64,000 nucleotides of DNA from Opitutales bacterium (GTDB taxonomy: Bacteria > Verrucomicrobiota > Verrucomicrobiia > Opitutales > JAJFLR01): NCBI GenBank assembly GCA_021772565.1, contig JAJFLR010000097.1, positions 1,558 to 65,557 on the forward strand. The letters are read 5' to 3'. Position 1 is the first letter of the stretch; every line of letters starts with the position of its first letter. The notes under the pieces were generated by a model, which searched no databases, was not told where the DNA came from, and was given only the letters and a program-made list of their open reading frames with translations. Shown here piece by piece: positions 19,222 through 28,573 of the stretch. Both the position numbers and the translations under genes were made by a program.

Positions 19222-20982
19222 TTATTCAATTAAAGTAGCTATATCGGATACACGATAGAGAATAAAGGTGCCCTTTACTTTGATCGGTTGAGCACGCAGA
19301 CCAGTGATTGTCTCCTCATAATCGCCACCAAGTATGGTGCTGCCCCAGTTGAGGTCTGAAATACCGAGCTCATCCGGGTCGGCCTCCCATATCAACTTGA
19401 TGTCGCGATTTACAGTATAAGATTCATCACCGGCAAGTAATGGTGTTGTGCTAAACTGTAGATCTTTATTATCATGGTCAGGGTGATAGGTATGAACAAA
19501 GGGGTTTGTTTGCGCATCATGTGCCAGAACTGAACTGAGTGTGACTTCACCTGTCAAACCCAGGTCACCCGTTGCGACTACTTTCTCGTCGAGTGGAAAA
19601 CTTGCACTGGACAGACGACGCGCATTAGCCAGTTTCTCCGGATCAAGCTCGGACTCTTCTGCGGCAATGATGGTATTTCCAGAGGTGTTCTCGCCAATAT
19701 AAACCTGCTGCTGTAAATTTACTGTGCCATTATCTGAGCGATGGAGAATTATTCTCAATGGAAAGGCGGAAGGTGCGTCGGCATCTGCATCGGTCGTGAC
19801 ATCGACAGTCGCCGTACCATCACCCACAGGAGCCGGAGCTGCAGTTATTTGATCAACCTGGTTGACTATTGCTGTGCCAACCCAAAGGCCGGAAAGTGAT
19901 GTTTTAACAGCTCGCACCGGTAGATCGACACGTGAAATTTTTTCAGAATCAGTGACTTGAAGAATGCTCTGAAAAACATCATCGGGATTACCAGTCATAG
20001 TTGAACGGTCGACCGCGATAACGATCTCGACCTCTTCTCCTGCTTCGAGATCGAAAGTTTCAGCAGAATCAAAATCTTCAAATTCGAAATTGCCGGTGGT
20101 TGGATCCAGTTCACCGCGTATTTGCAGAGGGACGGGTCCAGCATTTGCATCCTCTCCAGTAGGTGGCACAGCCGATACTGCAGGAGTCACTGTAGCAGTG
20201 ACCTGACTGTTTGTAAGATTTTTTATTTTAAGTGTGGTAACAGCGCCTGTATCGCGAAAATTGAGTCCTGCGTTACCTGTCGTCACACGCAACGGACCGT
20301 AGAAGTCGGTAAATTGCGAACTTTGTATCCAGTAGGCCTGGCCACGTGAAACGGCTTTTAGACGCGGTGCAGTTACCCGCACGGGATTCGATTCAAGTGC
20401 TCCGCCGTCATAGAAAAATATATCGGCTGCCGTGCTCAAGGTGTTGCTGAAAGAGAGGAAGCGCTCGAAGTTGCGGTCGGTTACACTATCCGGTGTCTGC
20501 ATAGGAAAGCCGAAAAAATTGAGTCCCGAGCTGGACCAGGAATAATTCGGTGGTGTCGGTTTTCCAGTTAAATTTAATGTAATATCGGGTGATGTATCAG
20601 CAACTTTTATAAGATAGGTACCATTTGCCACAAAATTGCTTATAGTAGATTCTGTAGGCTTCCCACGTTTCCAGATCAACCATTGATTATCAGACTGTAC
20701 CGGTGTAGCCGGTGATTGAGTGAACTGTGTGCTCGATGCAGTTGTATTCCAGTACCAGACCTCTTCAATAGCGGTTTCGCCCGACAATAGATCATCGATG
20801 GACCCGTGTGAAACATCGAGTGAAAGCCAAATTGCATTCCAGCCCGCTTTCAGAGGATAGTCTTCGGAAACCCATTGCGCCAAACCTCGGCTTGTAGCGC
20901 TAAACACCACAACTATGGCAAATATATATCTCAAAAAAATGAAAAAACTGCTGTTCCTGGAATAGCTGATGTGTGTTCCCAT
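19222..20982 (-). CDS. Secreted beta-rich hypothetical protein, first gene of the fibre/TcA-like operon
   Basis: Signal peptide ending GLA-Q; PLKAGWNAIW motif; C-terminal NPFVHTYHPDHDN. Confidence 0.8.
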   Translation of the reverse strand: MGTHISYSRNSSFFIFLRYIFAIVVVFSATSRGLAQWVSEDYPLKAGWNAIWLSLDVSHGSIDDLLSGETAIEEVWYWNTTASSTQFTQSPATPVQSDNQWLIWKRGKPTESTISNFVANGTYLIKVADTSPDITLNLTGKPTPPNYSWSSSGLNFFGFPMQTPDSVTDRNFERFLSFSNTLSTAADIFFYDGGALESNPVRVTAPRLKAVSRGQAYWIQSSQFTDFYGPLRVTTGNAGLNFRDTGAVTTLKIKNLTNSQVTATVTPAVSAVPPTGEDANAGPVPLQIRGELDPTTGNFEFEDFDSAETFDLEAGEEVEIVIAVDRSTMTGNPDDVFQSILQVTDSEKISRVDLPVRAVKTSLSGLWVGTAIVNQVDQITAAPAPVGDGTATVDVTTDADADAPSAFPLRIILHRSDNGTVNLQQQVYIGENTSGNTIIAAEESELDPEKLANARRLSSASFPLDEKVVATGDLGLTGEVTLSSVLAHDAQTNPFVHTYHPDHDNKDLQFSTTPLLAGDESYTVNRDIKLIWEADPDELGISDLNWGSTILGGDYEETITGLRAQPIKVKGTFILYRVSDIATLIE

Positions 20983-21396
20983 AAAATTTGTTAATTATGC
21001 TATATTCTATAATGTATATGCATAACAGAACTGATTATACTAATAAAATAACGAAGAATAGATTATAGATAATATTCAAAATATCATTTAGCAACTTTTT
21101 TTTAACTTTTTTTTTATGTGGTTATAATTGTGAGTAATAAAGCCCTTTATAGCACTTAATATAAATAATTAGTAGATGGTATGACATTATAAATTACTTC
21201 CATAGCCCGAAGGATTAATCTAAACTAGCCCAAAGTTAAAGGAATAAATATTGATTTAATCTACAAAATGGTTGCGTTGCATTTTCAGTTGGGAAATCAC
21301 AGATTATAGCATCTGCCATAAATCATTTCGTATATTATAAAATTCAGAACAAAAAGCCTGAATGATAATACAGTTATCAAAAATTGAAAATTAGAT

Positions 21397-21524
21397 AGAT
21401 TGCCGCGACCTGCCTCAGCAGGTCTCGCAATGACAAACGCACTAACAATTGTCATCGCGAGGAACAACGTGAGCCGACTCCGCCATAGTAGCCTAGAGGC
21501 TACGACGGCTGGACGAAGCGATCC
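21397..21524. repeat. Nested palindromic repeat elements
   Basis: agattgccgcgacctg...caggtctcgcaatgaca and inverted partner tgtcatcgcgagg...gaagcgatcc, with internal gtagcctagaggctac hairpin. Confidence 0.65.
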
Positions 21525-21585
21525 ATGACTATTTAATTCGAGTAGAACATTAGCCTAAGTCCATTATAAACGAAAACACTTATGA

Positions 21586-21770
21586 TAATCGCTATTGATG
21601 GTACTAACTCGCCCTTTCAGGACTTGTTAACTTATAAACTTTTTTATCCAAGGGCTTGCACACCCTGGGCTGAATTAGAGCAGCCTTTCAGGCATGCAAA
21701 ATACCTCATTGATTACTATTCCAGTAACCCAATTCCCCACCCCATTTGCAAATTTATCAGCATTGGATTG
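21586..21770. repeat. Dispersed palindromic (REP-like) repeat, copy 2
   Basis: Direct, diverged copy of 7691..7870 (ggtacta..tcgccctttcagg.cttg..aacttataa; gcctttcaggcat.caaaatacct.attgatta). Confidence 0.8.
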
Positions 21771-21792
21771 TTGATATTGAATTTATTCAAGA

Positions 21793-23217
21793 TCAGCTTA
21801 AATTTTTCAGCACCGCTTTAGCTGCGTAGTACCCACACATTCCATGGACACCGCCGCCGGGGGGAGTCGATGCACTGCAGATAAATATTCTGGGATTCGG
21901 TGTAGTATATGGATTTAATCGAAAAACCGGTCGTGTGAAAAGCTGCCCCAAATCGCTTGATCCACCGGTAATTGCCCCGCCTACATAATTGCTGTTGTAG
22001 TTTTCAAAATTTACCGGTGTAAATTTATGCCGTTTTAAAATCGTATCCTTAAATCCGGGAGCAAATCTTGCAATCTGATTTTCAATACGATTGGTCATGT
22101 CCACGTCACAGCCATTTGGAACATGACAATAGGCATAACCGGTATGTTTTCCGGCAGGAGCTCTAGTATCGTCAAAGTTACTTTGCTGGCAAACAATCAA
22201 ATACGGTTTTTCAGGAATCTTCCCGTTTGAAGATGCTGCTTCAGAAATTTCTATTTCTTCAAACTTGCCTCCTATGTGAACAGTTGAGGCTAGTTTGCAT
22301 CTTTCATTAGCCCATGGAATTTTTTCTGACAACGCCCAATCCATTTTAAAAGTAGCCGGCCCATATCGAAATTTAGACAAACGGTTAAGGTAATTGGCCG
22401 GAAGATTATTGCCGGCAACTTCGATGAGTTGATTCGGTGAGGTATCAAAAATAATTTTGGATTTTTCGGGAAACTCTGCCAGTGATTTAATTGGTCGATT
22501 AGTTTCAATTGTACCACCCAGAGATTTAAAATAACTGGCAAGCGCATTGGTAATAGCACTTGAACCCCCTTTGGCAACCGGCCATTCGACAAGGTGTCCG
22601 GTAATAGAAAAGATCAGCCCGATGGCCGCGGAAGGCATTTTAGCTAATGGGAGAATTGAATGAGCTGCACAACCGGCAAATAGCGCCCGAGCTTTATCAT
22701 CCTTAAATAATTTTGCCATGCCTTTAGCCGATCTAATTCCATAAAAACCAAATCGGGCCATGGTAAACGGGTCAGTCGGAATACTAAGTGGTCCCATCAA
22801 ATCTGTCATCAATGTTTTTGGATTTTTCAGAAAGGGTGAAATCAGTCGCTGCCATTTTTTTGCATCTGAACCCAATTGTTCGGCAGTCTTCTCGATAGAT
22901 TTTTCTAAAAAAACTGCATCTTTATTATCCAATGGATGAGCCACAGAAATTGGTGGATGAATCCATTCTAATCCATGTTCGGAAAGCGGCAATTGTGAAA
23001 AATAGGGTGAGAGGTATCCCATCGGATGAACGGCGGAGCAGACGTCGTGGTTGAAACCGGGAAGGGTTAATTCTGCATTTCGGGTGCCGCCGCCAATCGA
23101 ATCTGATGCCTCAATAACAAGCACAGACAAATTTTCCTGAGCCAATTTAATAGCAGCGGCAAGACCGTTTGGCCCGGAACCGATAATAACTGCATCATAT
23201 GAATCTTTGTTGTTCAT
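21793..23217 (-). CDS. Phytoene desaturase-family FAD-dependent oxidoreductase
   Basis: GSGPNGLAAA dinucleotide fold, HDVCSAVHP, C-terminal CSASTPPGGGVHGMCG. Confidence 0.9.
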   Translation of the reverse strand: MNNKDSYDAVIIGSGPNGLAAAIKLAQENLSVLVIEASDSIGGGTRNAELTLPGFNHDVCSAVHPMGYLSPYFSQLPLSEHGLEWIHPPISVAHPLDNKDAVFLEKSIEKTAEQLGSDAKKWQRLISPFLKNPKTLMTDLMGPLSIPTDPFTMARFGFYGIRSAKGMAKLFKDDKARALFAGCAAHSILPLAKMPSAAIGLIFSITGHLVEWPVAKGGSSAITNALASYFKSLGGTIETNRPIKSLAEFPEKSKIIFDTSPNQLIEVAGNNLPANYLNRLSKFRYGPATFKMDWALSEKIPWANERCKLASTVHIGGKFEEIEISEAASSNGKIPEKPYLIVCQQSNFDDTRAPAGKHTGYAYCHVPNGCDVDMTNRIENQIARFAPGFKDTILKRHKFTPVNFENYNSNYVGGAITGGSSDLGQLFTRPVFRLNPYTTPNPRIFICSASTPPGGGVHGMCGYYAAKAVLKNLS

Positions 23218-23265
23218 GATGTAGGGTAATCTAATTTATTATTTAGAGGCAGCAAATTTTAAAAA

Positions 23266-23352
23266 AGTATAGGTGCTAACTTGACAGACTGTCGGTATGG
23301 AGACTTAGCAGCAAAAGGCACTCCGATAAGTGAAGGCCCTGCGGAGATGAAA
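23266..23352. ncRNA. Candidate structured RNA / conserved non-coding element
   Basis: GC-richer island in an AT-rich intergenic region with nested stems tgctaa/ttagca, ttgaca/tgtcgg, ctccg/cggag, gtgc/gcac; family not identified. Confidence 0.3.
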
Positions 23353-23367
23353 ACAAAAGAACACTTT

Positions 23368-24582
23368 TTAGTATGGTTCTGTTGGGCCATGATCTCCAGG
23401 TAGGTTAGTATCATTTTGCGGGATATTCTGATCAGAAAAATTTTCGAAGTTTTTTTCTGTTTCCCTATCAATATTTAAAGTCCTTGTTGGGAAGGCAAAT
23501 GAGAGACCTCGTTCTTTAACTGCATGCATAATTTTAATATTTATTCTCTGTTTGATATTCATGTAACCGAGCCATGCTGTTGTTTTTGTGAAATAATAAA
23601 CAAGTAAGTTTAATGAACTTTCACCAAAGTCATTGAAGTTAACTAAAGTAAAATCGTTGTTGATGCCTTGATCTTCCATTAATATTTTTTTTATATCTTC
23701 CACTAATCCTTCAATATTTTCAGGGGATGAATCGTATGTTATGCCAATAATTTGTTTCACTCGCCTTTTAGGCATACGAGACCAGTTATTGACGATTTCA
23801 TTAGCCAAAACATTGTTCGGTATGGAGATAACAGTCTTTGGCCAAGTGCGAACTTTTGTTGAGCGCAAGCCAATTTCTTCAACATCGCCATCGACCTGAT
23901 TGCCAACAGTAATCCAGTCTCCTACTTTAAAGGGTCTGTCTAATGCAAGTGCTACCGAGCCGTATAAATTCGCTATGGTGTCCTTAGCCGCAAAAGCAAA
24001 TGCTGCACCACCGAGTCCGAGTGTAGCCAAGAATCCACTGACAGAGTAGCCCAGGTTATCAATAATTATAATGATGCCTAAAATTATGATAAAGGCTCTG
24101 ACTGCTTTTTTTATAAGAGGTACAAATCCTGAAATCGACAGGCCTTTTTTTTCGGTGGTCTCTTGAAAAACATCTGATGCGACGTCGACTAGACGCAAAA
24201 TTCCCCAAATGACAAAGAACATAGAAATTCCTTTAAAGGCTAGAGTATAGATTTTATGGGCTTCAGTCTCGAGTGGAAAAACAATGATAGCCAAATAAAT
24301 ACCGAAGGTAAAAATAAAATAGGAAACAGGGATCTCCAGTGAAAGAATGACTCGATCGTCGTACTCAGTTTTGGTTTTCTGTGCTAATTTAAGGAGCTGT
24401 TTGAAAATTATTTTGGCTAAAATATTATGTGAGATAAATGCTGCCAACACTAAGCCAAAACTCAGCAATAAATCTCCTACCGTGAAACCCAAAATTTCCA
24501 GAGCATAAAATTTATCAATCTTGGTGATCTGATCATTCACTTGAGCAAGAAACAGACTACTGGATTTGAAAAAAATCGTCAT
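23368..24582 (-). CDS. mscS: Small-conductance mechanosensitive channel (MscS family)
   Basis: LGLGGAAFAFAAKDTIANL, DRPFKVGDWI, GDVEEIGLRST, IPNNVL, FAFPTRTL. Confidence 0.92.
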   Translation of the reverse strand: MTIFFKSSSLFLAQVNDQITKIDKFYALEILGFTVGDLLLSFGLVLAAFISHNILAKIIFKQLLKLAQKTKTEYDDRVILSLEIPVSYFIFTFGIYLAIIVFPLETEAHKIYTLAFKGISMFFVIWGILRLVDVASDVFQETTEKKGLSISGFVPLIKKAVRAFIIILGIIIIIDNLGYSVSGFLATLGLGGAAFAFAAKDTIANLYGSVALALDRPFKVGDWITVGNQVDGDVEEIGLRSTKVRTWPKTVISIPNNVLANEIVNNWSRMPKRRVKQIIGITYDSSPENIEGLVEDIKKILMEDQGINNDFTLVNFNDFGESSLNLLVYYFTKTTAWLGYMNIKQRINIKIMHAVKERGLSFAFPTRTLNIDRETEKNFENFSDQNIPQNDTNLPGDHGPTEPY

Positions 24583-24673
24583 TATATTGTTATTGAATGA
24601 TCAAAGCTGCTGGTTAATACTATCTGATATATTCTTAAAGAATTTCATCAAAGTATTATTACAAATAATTTTT

Positions 24674-25042
24674 ATGCCAGTTAAAAGTCAGATATATGAA
24701 GTCACCTTCAGCGATCAAAGTCTATCAGAACTCAATAAAATGGAGATTGATAAACAAATGACACTTATTGAGACAATTGGCAAAATAACCCCTACAAATA
24801 TTAAGAATCCCAAGGGGCCACTGGGAAGATTCAATCGAAACGGTAAAACATATTATAGATTGAGGGCGGGAGAATTTCGTTTTTATTTTGAGATAAAAAA
24901 TGAAAATTTGCTTACCCAATATATTTTGCACAAGAACACTTTAACTGATTTTATATTCAGATCAAAACTCCCACTGACGGAAGACCAGCTTGAAGAGCAA
25001 CATCAATCATTTTGGAAGTATCTCGAAACTTTAAAAAAATAA
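24674..25042 (+). CDS. RelE/ParE-like protein (start re-called to ATG 24674)
   Basis: YEVTFSDQSLSEL N-terminus and YYRLRAGEFRFYF motif; the track start at 24566 overlaps divergent mscS. Confidence 0.65.
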   Translation: MPVKSQIYEVTFSDQSLSELNKMEIDKQMTLIETIGKITPTNIKNPKGPLGRFNRNGKTYYRLRAGEFRFYFEIKNENLLTQYILHKNTLTDFIFRSKLPLTEDQLEEQHQSFWKYLETLKK

Positions 25043-25049
25043 CTCTATT

Positions 25050-25916
25050 ATGAAGGAAGAAAAAGATATAAAGCCAAAATACACGGATGTTGCTGAAGCA
25101 AGTCGGATATATTTTTTACCCAATTTAATGACCGCCGGAAATCTGTTTTGTGGATTTGTTGCAGTCATACGATGTATTCAGGCAAAATACGCCGCGGTAA
25201 ACCCTGAAGCAACAAACCAACTTTATGCTGAAGCAGTCTGGTTTATTTTAGCCGCTGTGATATTTGATATTTTAGATGGCCGTCTAGCCAAACTTGGCGG
25301 GCAGGTTTCACTTTTTGGCAAAGAGTTCGATTCTATCGCTGATACAGTTTCGTTTGGCATGGCTCCGGCACTTCTTTCTTTTTTCTTAATTTTGTCTCCA
25401 ACTGATCAATATCCGTTCTTTAGAAATGTAGGATGGCTCATCAGTTTTATTTATCTTTTGTGTGCAACAGTTCGATTAGCCCGGTTTAATGTAATTACAA
25501 ATCCGCTGTTAGTATCCGAAAAGGAGATGGATAACCAGGATTTTATCGGTCTGCCGGTGCCGGCTGCTGCGGGAACAATTGCATCATTGGTATTGGTACT
25601 CAACAGCTATGATCTGAGAAATTGGGCAATATTTTTACCGATTCTGCTCCTGCTAATCGCCATGTTGATGATCAGCGATATTAGTTATCCCAGCTTTAAA
25701 AATATAGATTGGCGCACGACAACGCGGCCACAACATTTTATATGGTTATTTATCTTTTTAGCATTGCTCTATGAAACCAGATGGATTGCGACTTCACTTG
25801 TTTTCTTTATTTATATTTTTTATGGATTATTTAAGCACTTTTATTCCAAGAAAGATAAAGTTATAGTGCCAAAAATTACTCAAAATGAGAGTGAAAAAAT
25901 GCATCACAGAAATTGA
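25050..25916 (+). CDS. pssA: CDP-diacylglycerol--serine O-phosphatidyltransferase
   Basis: LPNLMTAGNLFCG, DILDGRLAK...FGKEFDSIADTVSFGMAP, RLARFN, FIGLPVPAAA. Confidence 0.92.
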   Translation: MKEEKDIKPKYTDVAEASRIYFLPNLMTAGNLFCGFVAVIRCIQAKYAAVNPEATNQLYAEAVWFILAAVIFDILDGRLAKLGGQVSLFGKEFDSIADTVSFGMAPALLSFFLILSPTDQYPFFRNVGWLISFIYLLCATVRLARFNVITNPLLVSEKEMDNQDFIGLPVPAAAGTIASLVLVLNSYDLRNWAIFLPILLLLIAMLMISDISYPSFKNIDWRTTTRPQHFIWLFIFLALLYETRWIATSLVFFIYIFYGLFKHFYSKKDKVIVPKITQNESEKMHHRN

Positions 25917-26170
25917 CGCAATTATTACTAATAATATCTATTTTTAGCGTGAACTAATTGATAATAATATAATTTTAGGGGAGTATAATCATTTTCACCC
26001 ATTAAATTAACATTTCTATATGCAATTTTAATTGACCTTAAATTACTGTAGAATAAGAGATTGATATTATTATTAATTTTATTAACACTCCATAATAATA
26101 CGAATATATTATATAATTATACTATATATATATTATATATTAGTGATAACTTATAAAGTTCTATCATTTT

Positions 26171-27301
26171 ATGAAATTTAAAATAAACAAAGATCATTTT
26201 TTAAATGGCCTTCAACAAGTCTTAAATATTGTTGGTACCAAGTCCACTATGCCCATTTTAAATAATGTCCTTATTGAAGGTGATAAAGACACAATCAGAC
26301 TCACGACGACTAATTTGGATATTGGTGTAACTTGTCGTGTGAAGGCTGATATCTCAGAGGCCGGTGGAATTACCCTGCCTGTTAAGAAATTACATGATAT
26401 TGTCAGAGAACTTCCAAGTATTGAAATTGAATTGGAAGTTTTTTCAAATAATCAGGTTAAAATAGCATCAGGTTCATCACTTTATAGAATAATGGGTATT
26501 GAGAAAGATCAATTTCCGCCCACTGCGAAATTTGATGACAAGAATCATTACTTACTTCCGCAATCAGATTTACTAAAAATGTTGAAGTGCGTTTCCTATG
26601 CACAGTCTACCGATGAATCACGTCAACTTATGAATGGCGTCTATTTTAATTTTGAAGAAGGTAAATTGACTTTGGCTGCAACAGATGGAAGGCGATTAGC
26701 TCTTATAAGTAAAGAGATAGATGTGACAGAAGATAATGTTGGTAGTTTAATATTACCTGCAAGAACTGTGTTGGAATTAGAGAGATTACTGGATCAGGGT
26801 GATAAAGTTAAAATTTCTTATAATGAAAGGCAAGTTGCGTTCGATATTTATACCTCTACAGAATCAGATGAGACAGGTATCTTGGACTCTGTACATCTTT
26901 TGTCTAAAGTGGTTGAGGGTAAGTATCCAAATTACAGACAGGTCATCCCACAGGAGACAGATCGCTACATTAAGGTTAATAGAGAAATTTTACTCAACAG
27001 TGTGAGGAGATCTGCACTGGTTGCGACCGATAAAAATATTTCCGTTACCTTCAAGATGGCTGATAATTCAATTGAAATTTCCGGATCCAGTGCAGAAATT
27101 GGAGAATCTCAGGAGAAACTTGCGGTAGAGTACAGTGGTTCAGAAGTCAGAGTCGCTTTCAATCCTTTCTTTTTTATGGACACATTAAAAGTATTAACAC
27201 GAGATGAAATAATCTTTGAGTTTAAAGATGAAATGAGTCCAGGTGTCATTAGGACACCAGATAGTTTTTTATGCGTAGTTATGCCATTGCGCTTAAATTA
27301 A
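26171..27301 (+). CDS. dnaN: DNA polymerase III beta sliding clamp
   Basis: [30 protein letters not shown]-terminal VVMPLRL. Confidence 0.97.
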   Translation: MKFKINKDHFLNGLQQVLNIVGTKSTMPILNNVLIEGDKDTIRLTTTNLDIGVTCRVKADISEAGGITLPVKKLHDIVRELPSIEIELEVFSNNQVKIASGSSLYRIMGIEKDQFPPTAKFDDKNHYLLPQSDLLKMLKCVSYAQSTDESRQLMNGVYFNFEEGKLTLAATDGRRLALISKEIDVTEDNVGSLILPARTVLELERLLDQGDKVKISYNERQVAFDIYTSTESDETGILDSVHLLSKVVEGKYPNYRQVIPQETDRYIKVNREILLNSVRRSALVATDKNISVTFKMADNSIEISGSSAEIGESQEKLAVEYSGSEVRVAFNPFFFMDTLKVLTRDEIIFEFKDEMSPGVIRTPDSFLCVVMPLRLN

Positions 27302-27447
27302 TTTTGAATTTATTTAATATCAAAAATTCAATCGACAAATTTGGTCTGGTCAATAATCGACAAATTGGACTTTTATAATATTGGTTGATAGGTATGAAAA
27401 CTAATGTATAATTTATGTAATTGTACAAATCAATTTATCATCAATAT

Positions 27448-28323
27448 ATGGAATTATTAATACATGGGCTAGTCGTTGGCATAAGTTTTTATTTAGTCTA
27501 TCGTTTAGATAAACTAACTTATAAACCTTTAGTAGCTATACTATTAAGATGGATTAGATGGGTGGCAGTTTCAATTTTATTTGCCTATATATCTCAAGAG
27601 CTAAATATTATTGATCGGCCGTTTGGGGTATTATTGCTAATAAGTTTTCTTGGATGGTTTTTATTAGAAACAGTCTATAACTGGATTGTTATAACTGCTA
27701 TAAGTAAAAGTCAAATACCCTTGTTTCCAAAGTACAATCTCATTGAAGAAGGTGATGAGTGGCCTATCCAAAAAGAATACGACAATATAAGAGATTGGTT
27801 GAAGCAAAATAATTTTACTAAGGTCATGTGTTTGAAAGCAACTTTAACAGATGAATTTATTTTGAGACAAAATGTTTTTGAATCAATTGATAAAAAGATA
27901 AGATTACAGGTATTGTTTCTACCTCATAGAAGTGGCAATTTGTCAGTCTGTTTTGTTATTAGCTCAATTTCAGATGATGGATTAAGGTTGATAACTGATA
28001 ATTATTTTATGCCATTTGGAGGTTTTTATCCGGAGAATTGGTATATCAATAGAAAACTTTGGATGCGTTCTTTACCCAAACTTTTTAATTATCATACTAA
28101 TAGGATGAAAATTAAAAAAAAGAATTTTATACCTTGGAATATTGATCCACTCAAAGATATTAATGATCAACAAAGGATTCTTGATAATACTAACACAGAA
28201 CTCGGTTTTCTTTTTCCAAACCCACAGAGAGAAGATTATGGTAAGATAACCCGGGAAGGTCGATATCGTGTATGGAAGGAACTGTGGCTGTTAAATTATT
28301 TTGGTATTACATTTATTTCGTAA
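27448..28323 (+). CDS. Hypothetical membrane protein
   Basis: Three N-terminal hydrophobic helices then a soluble domain; ATG at 27448 preferred over TTG at 27421. Confidence 0.75.
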   Translation: MELLIHGLVVGISFYLVYRLDKLTYKPLVAILLRWIRWVAVSILFAYISQELNIIDRPFGVLLLISFLGWFLLETVYNWIVITAISKSQIPLFPKYNLIEEGDEWPIQKEYDNIRDWLKQNNFTKVMCLKATLTDEFILRQNVFESIDKKIRLQVLFLPHRSGNLSVCFVISSISDDGLRLITDNYFMPFGGFYPENWYINRKLWMRSLPKLFNYHTNRMKIKKKNFIPWNIDPLKDINDQQRILDNTNTELGFLFPNPQREDYGKITREGRYRVWKELWLLNYFGITFIS

Positions 28324-28573
28324 TACATGTATTTACTTAAGTCTTATTTTGTGAACGTTAAGATTTATTGAATAGTAAGGTGGAACTTAAATTTATCTCT
28401 TTGTTAATTATTAAATTATGTATTTAAAATATAAATAATTAACATGATAATATTTATCTATTAAATTTACGTAAAACCTTGCTTCAAAATCAAATAATTT
28501 TTTACATTATTTGTTAATTACAAATAATCTATCAAATACATAAATGTAAACTAACAATAACAAAGGATTCTCA

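Noticed and set aside
21582-21821. 79-aa ORF
   Set aside because: Runs through the palindromic repeat and overlaps the convergent gene end
23291-23320. SRP RNA (ffs) call from gtcggtatggagacttagcagc resembling helix 8
   Set aside because: Conserved CAGG is CGGT and there is no long closing helix; kept only as an unassigned structured element
27330-27367. Short direct repeat aatcgacaaatt(t)gg x2 after dnaN
   Set aside because: Only two copies; not a CRISPR or iteron array, and function is unsupported
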